From Eledone cirrhosa (lineage: Eukaryota): a DNA stretch of 64,000 nt. Where the stretch lies: NCBI GenBank assembly GCA_964016885.1, contig OZ024741.1, positions 50,530,001-50,594,000 of the forward strand, given 5' to 3'. The notes beneath the pieces were generated by a model that saw only the letters and a list, made by a program, of their open reading frames with translations, was not told where the DNA came from and ran no database searches. Below, piece after piece: positions 12,428-24,369 of this stretch; within the stretch, counting starts at the first letter, position 1; the number at the start of each line of letters is the position of its first letter. The position numbers were made by a program, and so were the translations under genes.

Positions 12428-15227
12428 GTGCCTTTTTTTTTTATAAAAGATCGAATTTCAAACAAATCGTTTATGGTCGACACAGGATCTAGCTGCAGTA
12501 TTTGGCCCCTTCGTTTCAGCTGTACCAAGCCAAATTTTTTCGGTATTTCCTTGTATGCAGTAAACCAGTCTCCTATAAAAACTTATGGACAAATATCTCT
12601 ATCATTGGACCTAGCTTTGCGTCGGGATTTCAAATGGATTTTCGTTGTAGCGGACCTACCGCACCCTATTCTCGGTGCGGATTTTTTACACCACTACTCA
12701 CTGTTAGTAGATGTCAGGAAACAGAAACTTGTGGATGGCACATCTTTATCTCCGCCTGCTCATAGTTCTACTGTTGCCATCACAAGTCCCGCGTGTTTCA
12801 TAGCTGCCTCTGGAAACCAGTTTCATTCTCTTCTTGCCTTGTTTCCCGAGTTAACTGACATTTCATTTAAACCGAACCAAGTAATCCTCTCGACTCGACA
12901 TTTTATTACAACAACTGCTCCACCTGTTTTTTCTCGGCCACGTAGGCTGGCTCCAGACAGACTAAAAAAAGCCAGGGATGAGATCGATCACATGCTTCAA
13001 ATTGGTTTTATACGACCGTCCACCAGCCCATGGGCATCCCCGCTTCATTTGGCTTGTAAGGGTGAAGCGGATTTTAGACCTGTGGGTGATTATAGACGAC
13101 TTAACGCTATCACAACACCTGATCGTTATCCTCTACCAAATTTACAGGATTTTTCATCCGCTCTGCATGGATGCAAGATATTTTCTAAAATAGATCTGGT
13201 ACGCGCTTACCATCAAATACCCATGCATCCGGAAGACATACCAAAAGCAGCTGTGACCACCCCTTTTGGTTCGTTTGAATTCCTATCCATGCCTTTTGGT
13301 TTGCGGAATGTTTCTAGTACATTCCAGCGTTTTATCGATGAAGTCATGCGTGGATTGGATTTCGTGTTTGCTTACGTTGATGATCTCCTCATAGCCAGCG
13401 ATTCGAATGATCATCATCATCAACATCTATCTCAGTTATTTCAACGTCTCCAATCGTACCAAGTGAGAATCAACCCAGCTAAATGTGTGTTTGGTGCAGA
13501 TTCACTGGAATTCCTCGGACACCTTATAGATTCAGAAGGCATTCGTCCTTTGCCAGCTAAAGTAGAGGCGATTCAGCAATTAGCACCACCAACATCCTTG
13601 AAACAATTACGCCACTTCCTAGGACTAATTAATTTTTATCGTCGCTTTATTCCTAACTGTGCGGACAAGTTATTCCCCTTGACACAGTTTTTAAGAGCTG
13701 CAAAAAAAGAAAGATGAAAAAATTTCACTTTCTGCCGATGCATTGCAGTCTTTTAAATCCGTCAAGTCTGAGCTAGCTAAAGTTTCTTTCCTTGCCCATC
13801 CTGTTGCAAATGCGAGACTTTCCTTATCTGTTGATGCATCTGATCGTGCTGTTGGCGCAGTTTTGCATCATGTAATCGATCATGAAGTTCAACCATTGGC
13901 ATTTTTCTCTCGCCGATTAAAACCAGCAGAACAGAGATATAGCACTTTTGACAGAGAACTTTTGGCGATTTATCTTGTCGTGAAGCATTCCCACCACCTT
14001 TTGGAGGGGCGGGAGTTCACGATATTCACGGACCACAAACCGTTAACATTCGCTTTACAATCCAAGTCAGACAAGTACTCTCCGAGAGTGTATAGACATC
14101 TGGATCTCATCTCACAGTATACCATTGATATCCTTCATATAGCTGGAATTTCCAACATACCCGCAGACGCACTATCTCAGCTTTCTGTGTGTTCTCTTGC
14201 GTCTCCTGCACATATCGATTTAGTTGCCATTGCAACTGACCAACCTACTTTGGATTCGTTGGACATTTCCTCTGACCAGTTCTCCTGCTGCAGATTGGAA
14301 TATTTACCTCTTCCATCTTCTGAAGGGAAAATTCTCTGCGATGTTTCTACTGGCTCACCCAGACCACTTGTTCCAGATTGTCATCAGCGTACCGTTTTTG
14401 ATGCACTTCATTCCTTGTCACATCCCGGCATAGCTGCCACGGTGAAGCTTATTACGGCTCGATTCTTCTGGCCTAATATGCGTCGTTTAATCACCGGTTG
14501 GGCACGTTCTTGTTTGATGTGTCAGCGCTATAAGATTCATCGGCATGTCTGCGCTCCTCTTGGGAAATTCAGCCCGCCTGACGCACGTTTCCGTCATATA
14601 CGCATGGATATTGTTGGTCCATGGCCCGTTAGTCGTGGATTCACATACATATTGACTTGTATCGATCGTTTCTCTCGGTGGCCTGAAGCCATACCCCTCA
14701 TGGACATAACACCCGAGTCCGTTGCCCGAGCTTTCATTTCCAATTGGATTGCTCGTTTTGGTGTTCCTACTAAAATAACTACGGATCGTGGACGCCAATT
14801 TGAGGCTTCCTTATTTCGTGAAATATCACGACACTTGGGTGCTCATCACATCCATACGACCAGCTATCACCCAGCCTCCAATGGAATGATAGAGAGGTTT
14901 CATAGGCAGTTGAAAGCTGCACTTCGCGCTACTCCTGATCCACAACGTTGGACTGAATTTTTGCCTATCGTGCTTCTTGGTTGTCGTGCTGCCATTAAGA
15001 CAGATTTAGGTTTTTCTTCTGCTGAACTTCTTTATGGTACCACATTGTCTCTTCCTGGACAAATGTTAGCACCAATGGATTCATCACATCTTGTCACCAG
15101 CATTCGTTCGTATTTCCCGGATCTTCCACCGATGAACCCTCATGACCAATCTATTTTGTCTGCTGTCCCATTGGACATCTCTACGTGGACACACATTTTC
15201 ATACAGAATGATTCCGTCACCTTATAA
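12428..15227 (+). pseudogene. pol: Pol (protease, RT, RNase H, integrase) split by a frameshift near 13702-13710; integrase C-terminus disrupted
   Basis: VDTGS protease, YVDD RT, DASD/FDRELLA/TDHKPL RNase H, HHCC and D-D-E integrase across ORFs 12428-13717 and 13743-15227. Confidence 0.9.
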
Positions 15228-16640
15228 TACGTGCTTTTGCACACACCCAAACATTTCACAGTGGCTGTCAATGGTCGGAAAGAGACAATATCCATTGACA
15301 GAGCAAAAAAAGGCTTTCTCCGAAAGTCTCATCACACTGCCTGATACACCTTGTACATACACTCCTACACCAACATTTTCACTTCCACCGCAAACACCAC
15401 ATACCACACCTTATGTCACACGATGTGGCAGGATGGTAAAATGGCCACGAAAACTCTCAAAAACAATATACATTTAAACCCCATGCATTAACATACCTTT
15501 TCTTTTTCAGTTTTCAGATAGAACTAGTGTCAGAAAAGTCTGTACACTAGTGTTGTATGAACTATTTGACTTTGAAAAACATTGATTTTACTATTGAGCA
15601 TCAATATTCTCTGCTCCTATGATTTATCATTCGTTACATTCAAACATTCTTTGTAAAAATGCATTACTTGTTTTATGCTCATTTTGCTATTTGCTTACTC
15701 ATGTTTTACTCATTCATGTTCTTGTACTTTTTGCCTTGTTCCTCATGTTCTCGCTACAATGATTTCATTTGGTCATTCGACTTCTCGTCTGAGAAGGGAG
15801 TCTTGTAGCACTCTCTAGACAGAGAAGTAGTTAGAGTTACTTCCCGTCGAAAGTCTTCCGGAAAGAGGTTATAAATAGAGGCAACCAAGCCCGCTCTTCT
15901 TCTCTTTGGCGCTTTCCTTCGAACTTACAACACTGGAGATGAACATGTTAACCACGAGCTTGGACTAAACCTAAATATGCATGAGGATATTTTGTGTACC
16001 ACGATTCTGACGGAGTTAAAATAAAATGAAGACTTGTATTCGATATGGTGTTTTGTAAATATATCTTATCCTTTTCTGTATAAAAATTAGTAGCTAGATT
16101 CTGGTGATATTTACTCAAGTAAATAATCCTGGGTCTGACAGAACACTAAAGAGTGTATTTTATACATATGCTTTAGACATGAGCCTTGTCTTGTTGGCAG
16201 TACAAAAATGGTGGGCTGATAAGAAGGCCCAGTCTTATCAAGTTAATACCTAACATACAGATATAAAGGAATGAAAGAGGCACAATGTATTTATTGTGCA
16301 TATATATATTGCATGTGTGTGTGTGTGCATATATATAATGAGTGCATGCGTCTTGGAACGTTTTTTTTGTTTAACCCTTTCATGACAGTGTTTCTAATGA
16401 AATAAACTATTTCAATTAATTTCTGAGGAATTTTGAAAGATTTACTAAAATTATTAATTATTGCCACATGTATTCTAGTTTGTAGAATAGATACACAATA
16501 TCTCTACTATGTGACACATGAGGAGACTAAAAGGGTTTCTGTGAGATAGGGCATCTGTTGTAAAACATTATCCCAAAACATCCCATGTGACTGTTAGCAT
16601 GGGAAAGTGGTTGTAAAAATATTGATAATGATAATACACA

Positions 16641-17316
16641 TACGAGGTGTTGAAAAAGTATCTCATTTTATTTTTCCCATGGGAAGTGGGAAGTAATGGA
16701 ATAAGGGAGACAAAAGTATGCAATGTGGAAATACATGCGTGGTTTTTGGCAAGTGTGTTGGATGTGCCAGGCAACAGGCATATGAGGTGTTGTTATTACT
16801 TGTCATGTTCTCATTTCACCCAATACTGCCAACAAGAATCCTGAGTTCTGTAAAACTGTGATAACTGGAGATGAGATGTGGAAGTACATCTAAAGCTCAA
16901 TTATCACAGTGGAAGTATTCAACATCACAAAGACCCTCCAAAAAGTAAGTCAGGTGTAAAGTAAACTCAAGGTGATGTTGATTGTTTTCTTCAACTACTG
17001 AAGTGTTTTGTATCATGTATACACACCAGAAAGACAATTACAAAAGAGTACTATCAGGAAATCTTCCAATCTCTTCATGATACAGTTTGGCACCAGAGAC
17101 CAGATCTTGCAAAACTGTCAATGGCATCATGGCAGACTGTGACAGCAGATCAGATAGCCATTTCAGAAGAAACATTCCAGACATGATTTGAACAGTGGGA
17201 GGATATGTTGACCGAGTGTGGGGAAGCACAAGGGACCTACTTCAAAGGGGATTAGCAATCCAACATCAAGTACATACTTTTCCCTCGGTCTAAATACTTT
17301 ATCAACAGACCTTGTG
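16641..17316 (+). mobile_element. Internally deleted mariner transposon
   Basis: Starts TACGAGG; ITGDExW, KVMLIVFF, KEYY and C-terminal TYFKGD* remnants; matching degenerate right TIR. Confidence 0.7.
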
Positions 17317-17394
17317 TGTGTGTACACACAGGCATAGCTGTCTGGTTAAGAAGTCACTTCAAAGTCACTTAAGTTTAATTGTACTGTATGGGAA

Positions 17395-17740
17395 TCATCA
17401 TCATCATCATCATTTTACGTCCGCTTTTCCCTGCTTGCAAGGGTGGTGGGACGGGAACTGATTCTGGCTTGATTTCTACAGCTGGATGCCCTTCCTAACA
17501 CCAACCTCATTTACAGTGAGTGCTGTGTGCTTTTTTTGCCATGTCACCTCCATGACCACTTTGTAGTGGAATGATATGGACCCCAGTCCCTATCATCTCA
17601 TTTCTACAGCTGAGTAAACTGGAGCAATGTGAAATAAAGTGTCTTGCTCAAGGAAACAACACATCACCCGGTCTGAGAATTGAACTCACAACCTTTCGAT
17701 TGCAAGGCCAATGCTCTAACCACTAAGCCATGTGCCTCCA
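17395..17740 (-). mobile_element. CORE-SINE copy
   Basis: Near identical to 1372-1712. A 5'-truncated plus-strand copy lies at 18050-18225. Confidence 0.85.
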
Positions 17741-18265
17741 TGGGAATAAAATTGAAATAAGTACTAGGGTTATTATGATTTACTAAATCCCTAAAAGATT
17801 GGGTGTTTCACCATGGCTAAGAATATACATGTACATGTACATACATATATATTAAAAATAGGAGAAAGTCAATGGAAAAACAAAAAAAAAGATGGTCAGT
17901 CTCATCTCTTCAGTCAACCTGGAAATCGCTACAGTTTTGGTGATTGAAGATTGATACTATTAATTTCAGTGCTAATTGGAACATAACAAAACAGGTAGAG
18001 ACAAGTTACGCCTTTAAACGAATTATACAAATATATATATATATATATGTCCTTATCATTCCACTGCAAAGTGGTCGTGGAGGTGCCACGGCAAAAAAAC
18101 ACCCAGCACTCACTATAAATGAGGTTGGTGTTAGGAAGGGCATCCAGCTGTAGAAATCAAGCCAGAATCAGTTCCCGTCCCACCCTTGCAAGCAGGGAAA
18201 AGCGGACGTAAAATGAAATGATGAATGAAATGATATGAAAGTAAGAATGAGATATTCAAACTGAC

Positions 18266-18332
18266 CTTCTTGAAAGTATCCTTTGGTGTTGATGTCCATA
18301 GTGGAGAACCTGCAACTGCACCCTCCATATAG
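18266..18332 (-). CDS. RBM45: RBM45 coding exon 9 (NAGNAG acceptor, alternative start 18335)
   Basis: Acceptor ttag/cag, YMEGAVAGSPLWTSTPKDTFKK, donor gtcagt; bridges the phase-2 end of exon 8 to the phase-0 start of exon 10. Confidence 0.75.
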
Positions 18333-18714
18333 CTGCTAACACAAAAGTATCACAAAATTACAGAAAATAGTGTTGGACTATGTTCAGTTACCTCCCCTTT
18401 TATGTTCTAGTTTTTACTTCTCATCCTCCCAGAGATCAATAAAATCTATAACAGTTATATACTGGTTGTCTATTTAATTGTCAATTTCGCTGTTTTATAA
18501 GCCATTATAGTAGCAGAGTGCTTTATGGTATGTAGTTATGTCCCTTTAAAATCTCATCTGTTACTATAGTAACACGTTTTGATACATATTACTAAATTAA
18601 AAACCACAAGTTGCTATGGTAACCACTATTATTCTGGCCAGCATAAACCAATAATTTGTTGATAACCCTCACCTCACCCCAACACTCCAGGGAGTCACTG
18701 ACTTCCAACAGTGT

Positions 18715-19140
18715 TACTTACAGAGACCAAAGTAGAGGTCAGTAGAAACAGGCAGTTCTCTCCAGCAGTCCTGGAGGCCTTGCAAAGGTCATAGGAGCTG
18801 ACCCTTACTTCTTACAGAAACCAAAGTAGACAGGCAGTTCTCTCCAGCAGTCCTGGAGGTCTTGCAAAGGTCATAGGAGCTGACCCTTACTTCTTACAGA
18901 AACCAAAGTAGACATGTGGTTCTCTCCAGCAGTCCTGGAGGCCTTGCAAAGGTCATAGGAGCTGACCCTTACTTCTTACAGAAACCAAAGTAGACAGGTA
19001 GTTCTCTCCAGCAGTCCTGGAGGCCTTGCAAAGGTCATAGGAGCTGACCCTTACTTCTTACAGAAACCAAAGTAGACAGGTGGTTCTCTCCAGCAGTCCT
19101 GGAGGCCTTGGAAAGGTCATAGGAGCTGACCCCTACTTCT
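18715..19140. repeat. 82-bp tandem repeat, about 5 units
   Basis: cccttacttcttacagaaacc recurs at 18802, 18884, 18966, 19048 and 19130. Confidence 0.93.
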
Positions 19141-19204
19141 TTTGACAAGTCATAAAAAAATACATAAATAGATAAAATAAAATATTGTCACTACACCTTT
19201 CACC

Positions 19205-19346
19205 GTTGCTATAGTAACTGCTGTAATACCTAGATATGTCACTGTTGCTATGGTAACTGCTGTAATACCTAGATATGTCACTGTTGCTATAGTAACTGCT
19301 GTAATACCTAGATATGTCACTGTTGCCATAATAACTGCTGTAATAC
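19205..19346. repeat. 39-bp tandem repeat, about 3.5 units, adjoining the exon 8 donor
   Basis: ctgttgctatagtaactgctgtaatacctagatatgtca units. Confidence 0.9.
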
Positions 19347-19350
19347 TTAC

Positions 19351-19501
19351 CCATCTCCGTAACCAATGTTCATGTCAACATTTGATGGTTGGTCTGCATA
19401 ACGGACATGTATTCGTGAACCTATAGGATACTCAAAGCCATCTAGTTTGTCTCTTGCATAGGCAGCAGCTTGTGGAGTACAGTACCTGGCATAAGCTATA
19501 C
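19351..19501 (-). CDS. RBM45: RBM45 coding exon 8 (RRM3), minimal form using the last of eight tandem acceptors
   Basis: (G)IAYARYCTPQAAAYARDKLDGFEYPIGSRIHVRYADQPSNVDMNIGYGD, cf. human [25 protein letters not shown]; donor GG|gtaagt. The 5' boundary is ambiguous (see findings). Confidence 0.85.
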
Positions 19502-19944
19502 CTGTAGTAGAAACAACATTATTACAGCTACTATCACAACCTCTGGTATAAGCTATACCTGTAGTAGAAATAACATTATTACAGCTACTATCACAACCTC
19601 TGGTATAAGCTATACCTGTAGTAGAAATAACATTATTACAGCTACTATCACAACCTCTGGTATAAGCTATACCTGTAGTAGAAATAACATTATTACAGCT
19701 ACTATCACAACCTCTGGTATAAGCTATACCTGTAGTAGAAATAACATTATTACAGCTACTATCACAACCTCTGGTATAAGCTATACCTGTAGTAGAAATA
19801 ACATTATTACAGCTACTATCACAACCTCTGGTATAAGCTATACCTGTAGTAGAAATAACATTATTACAGCTACTATCACAACCTCTGGTATAAGCTATAC
19901 CTGTAGTAGAAATAACATTATTACAGCTACTATCACAACCTCTG
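19485..19944. repeat. 57-bp tandem repeat, 8 units, spanning the RBM45 intron 7/exon 8 boundary
   Basis: Exon-start position recurs at 19501, 19558, 19615, 19672, 19729, 19786, 19843 and 19900. Confidence 0.96.
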
Positions 19945-19988
19945 ACATTAGTAGTACAAACATTATATAAGAACATTTTAATATTTAC

Positions 19989-20198
19989 CAGTATTTTCAT
20001 CAAGATCACAATATTCAAGACCTGGTACAAGGGTGAGGAGACGTGTAAGGTAAGACTGACTGAGACCCAGGGCCACAGTTAGATGTAGAAGTTGGTAGTT
20101 ATTGTGTGGGTAGTACTGGATAGAATCTAATGGACCCATACCTGATGAAGAACAGCCATCCGTGTTACCACCAACTCCACCACCACCTCTACCAGCAT
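19989..20198 (-). CDS. RBM45: RBM45 coding exon 7 (start of RRM3/HOA region); alternative in-frame acceptor at 20204
   Basis: AGRGGGGVGG...LLHLTVALGLSQSYLTRLLTLVPGLEYCDLDENT, cf. human IFDIVPGLEYCEV; donor G|gtaaat at 19988. Confidence 0.88.
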
Positions 20199-20561
20199 CT
20201 GAAACTAGAAAAAACAAACAATTTAAAACAATAATATTAATAAAAAAATAACATTACCAGAGAACATTATAGAAAATTGTGATCAGAAACAAACAAATAA
20301 ACAACTAAATGTGGTATATGTATGTGTGGTTATGTAGAAGTTCTCTTGCATGTATATATGTATGTATGTGTATGGTTATGTAGAAGTTCTCTTGTATATA
20401 TATGCATATATATGCATATGTATGTGTGTGGTTATGTAGTTCTCTTGCATGTACATGTGTGTATATATATATATTTAAGTGTAAGTGTATGTATGTATGT
20501 GTGATTATGTATAAGTTCCCTTGCATGTATATATGTGTGTATGTGTATGTAGTTATATAGA

Positions 20562-20825
20562 CCCAATCCGATCTGATCCAACCCATTTTGATACAATCTG
20601 AGCTGATCAGATCTGCCCCTAAGCAATTTGATCCAGCCTGATCCAGATTCAATCTAGATTGATCTAGTCTGATTTAATTCGATCCAGTTCAGTCTACTCC
20701 GATCTGGTCTGATCCAATCCAGTTCGATTCAACCTGGTCTGAAGCAATCTGATCCGAATTGATCCAGTCCAATCTGATCTGAATTGATCCAATCTGAACT
20801 AATCTGATTCCACCCAGTCTAATCG
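20562..20825. repeat. Degenerate 5-bp microsatellite (GATCC/GATCT/AATCT)
   Basis: About 50 imperfect pentamers. Confidence 0.85.
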
Positions 20826-20829
20826 CTCA

Positions 20830-23800
20830 AAGTAAAACCCAGCCATGAAAAGATAAGACTATAGGCACCTTAAAGGGTCACTCTAACGAGGTTGTAGAAA
20901 TGCTTGAACGTAAGGAGGTCGATGTTTGTTGTATTCAAGAGACCAGGTGGAGGGGTGGGTCTGCTAGATTCATCGTGGGTAAAGAACGATGCTATAAGCT
21001 TTTCTGGGTGGGAAATGACAATGGGCTGGGTGGAGTAGGAATCATGGTAGCAGAAAAGTGGGCAGATAAGATAATAGACGTAAATAGAGTGAACGACAGA
21101 ATAATTAAAATAAGACTTGTCCTCAATAGAACTACGGTGACAGTAATATCTGCGTACGCACCCCAATCCGGACTGCCCGGCACTATAAAAGACAGATTCT
21201 ATGAGACACTGATGCTCACTACCTCCCAAATAACCGACAGTGACTATATAATTATTGCAGGCGACCTAAATGGTCACATTGGACAACATTGTGACGGCTA
21301 TGACGGAATCCATGGAGGCTATGGGTTTGGTACTAGAAATGAGGAAGGCTCCAGAATCCTGGAATTCTGTGACGCAAATAACCTAACTATCTGTAACACT
21401 AACTTCAAAAAAACGAAACAATCACCTGATCACCTATAGATCGGGGGAACACACAAGCCAGGTAGATTATATCCTTACCAGGAGACGTGACAGAGTGTCT
21501 GTTGTAAACACTAAATCCCTTCCCCATGAAGAATGCACGTCTCAACATAGACTCATAATCAGCGACCTCATAGTCAGGACGAGACGTATTCGACAACAGA
21601 AGAGGACTATCCTCAGGAGAAAAATATGGAAATTAAAGGACCCCACAGCCAGTCATAAATTTAAAAGCATATTACTTGATGATTTTGATAGTAAGGAAGA
21701 GCAATTAGAGTCGTACAATATAGAGGAACAGTGGGAATTCCTGAAAGCTAACCTGCTGAAGGCGACAGATGAAACCTGTGGCTGGAGCAGGCCTATAGGC
21801 AGGAGGAGAGTAACTTGGTGGTGGAACAGTAAGGTGGAGAGGTCAATCAAGGCCAAAAAGCAGGCTTGGAAAGCATGGCGGGATGGGGGAAGTAGAGAAG
21901 ACTATCAAGTGGCCAGGAGGTAAGCTAGGAGACAAGTGTACTTCGCAAGAAGGGAAGCAGAGGAAAGAAAGTTCAAGCATGTTCTACAACGCATGTTCTA
22001 CAACGGCTGGGCCTTCGGAAATAGTTGCTGAAATGCTGAAAGCATCTGGAATGGTGGGACACACTATGGTCACCTGGATAGTAAACCAAGTCATACAGAA
22101 TGGGGTCGTTCCGAAGGACTGGCGCAGCAGCATCATCATTAACTGCTACAAGGGTAAAGGTGATGCCCTAGATAGGGGAAACTATAGAGGCATTAAATTA
22201 ATTGACCAGGTCATGAAGGTCACAGAAAAAGTAATAGCGCAACTAATCAGAGAGCGAATTGATCTAGACGAAATGCAGTTCGGGTTTGTGTCAGGTAAAA
22301 GTACAACAGACGCTCTTTTCATTGTACGACAACTACAGGAGAAGTACCTAGCTAAAAGTAAACCCCTATACTTAGCTTTTGTTGACTTGGAGAAAGCCTT
22401 TGACAGAGTACCCTGCTCGATTATCTGGTGGGCCCTTAGAAAACTAGGTGTTGATGAATGGCTTGTGAGAGCTATACAAGCCATGTATAAAGAAACAGCC
22501 AGCAAGGTTAGAATTAACAACGAATATAGTGAAGAGTTTAGCGTAAAAGTTGGTGTTCATCAGGGCTCCGTCCTTAGCCCCCTACTATTTATTATTGCCC
22601 TTCAGGCTATAACAGAGGAGTTCAAGACCGGCTGCCCATGGGAACTCCTATACGCAGATGATCTAACGCTCATAGCTGAATCAATGGCTGAACTACAGAA
22701 GAAATTCCAAACATGGAAGCATGGCCTAGAAACAAAAGGCCTTAAAGTTAACTTGTCTAAGACTAAAGTGCTAGTTTGTAGGAAGGAAAATAGGGCACCG
22801 GTCCCATCTGGGAAATGGCCATGCTCAGTGTGTAGGAAAGGAGTAGGTAGAAACTCCATTTTATGTCCCAAATGCAAAGTATGGGTACATAAAAGATGTA
22901 GTGGGATCACAGGTAAACTATCTAAGAATATAGATTTTATATGTGGCCGGTGCTCTGGTGCAATAAGTAGCAGCAAGTGCCCACAGAATACTAACTCGTT
23001 CCATTGCACAGATGGTTCTATAGAAATAGTGGACAGCTTCCGTTACCTGGGTGATAAAATCAGCAGTGGGGGAGGGTGCTCTGAAAGTACAGTAGCTAGG
23101 GTCAGAACGGGATGGAAAAAATTCAGAGAGCTTATACCACTATTGGCCGCTAAAGGGTTCTCTCTAAAAATGAAGGGCAGGCTGTATGATGCCTGCATAC
23201 GAACAGCAATGTTACATGGCAGTGAGACCTGGGCATTGTGTGCAGAGGATATACGCAGACTGGAGAGAAACGAAGCTTGCATGCTCCGCTGGATGTGTAA
23301 TAGTAACATACGTGAACGGCAAAGCATAAACGTACTAAGGGAGAAATTAGAAATAAAAGGGATCAGATGTTGTTTACTCGAGAGAAGACTACGTTGGTCT
23401 GGTCACGTGATGCGCATGAAAGACGACAGCTGTATAAAAAAGTGCAGGGCAATAAAAATAGACGGTAGCCACGGAGAAGGCAGACCCAGAAAAACCTGGA
23501 CGACTTGATAAATTCCGACCTCACACACTTACACCTCCCCAAGGCAATGTCACTGGACCGAGAGCTTTGGCGCTACACAGTAATAGAGAAGACCTGCCTT
23601 ACCTAAGTACAAAGTGAAACCTACTACAGTCAGTAGGCACCTAACAAAATACACCCCGTCCCACTACCCCCACCCCATCCACACCACCCCTTCAATGTAA
23701 AGTTATGTTGGTGTCACAACATCCAGCCCGAAACAAATGAGGTCGTGTAGGTGTCACGACAAAAAAAACACACAGTCCACGCTGTAATGTGGCCGTGTAG

Positions 23801-23995
23801 GCAACACGGTAAAAACCTCCCAGTTCCACACTGTAAATGGGGTTGGTGTTAGGAAAGGCATCCAGCCGGAGAAAACCCGCCAGACAGTCCTATGCGAGCA
23901 AGACAACCACTCTTGCCTCAAGTGGGAAAACCCCCGTCCAAACCCATGCAAGCGTGGAATATGGATGTTAAACGATGATGATGATGATGATGATG
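20830..23995 (+). mobile_element. RTE LINE family B, near full length with an internal deletion
   Basis: AP endonuclease ORF 20900-21439 (IQETRW, YAP, GDLNGH), RT ORF 21883-23508 (YADD), (GAT)n tail. Confidence 0.93.
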
Positions 23996-24369
23996 ATACA
24001 AGCTATATTTTGAATTAATTTTCCACACTTTCTCTTTCTCTTTTTGAGGTTCCGCATTCATTTATTTCAATTTCAATATTCAATAATTTTTAAATGCTTC
24101 TTCATCTTTCTCAACTAACTTCATGGCCCTATCAACACTATCTCACCCCACCGTCTCAATTCGTCCTAAACAAGCAAACAATACGCAGCACACCTGTCCT
24201 GTCTCTCTCAAAGGAAAACCTAGCTTATGGTTCTATTTTCTCCACATAACACTCACCCACATCCTATCCACCACCTTCTGGTTAGCTGTCATAGCTGACA
24301 TTACCTTGCACACCCCTCCATTTTCTCAACCGTCTGGCCTGTTGCTTTCTTCACCCACTCTGCTACATC

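Larger units (their letters stand above)
10963..16150 (+). mobile_element. Gypsy (Ty3/Metaviridae) LTR retrotransposon, CsRn1-like, near intact, antisense in RBM45 intron 9
   Basis: LTRs 10963-11328 and 15804-16150; 4-bp TSD GAGT (10959-10962 and 16151-16154); PBS TGGTGACCCGACGT (tRNA-Trp type) at 11330; PPT GAGAAGGGAG at 15791-15800; order gag, PR-RT-RH-IN; CHCC gag motif. Confidence 0.95.

Noticed and set aside
19347-20030. 227-aa ORF as an independent gene, and the opposite-strand ORF 19470-19970
   Set aside because: Explained by RBM45 exon 8 plus the stop-free 57-bp array; the plus-strand ORF is a repeat artefact.
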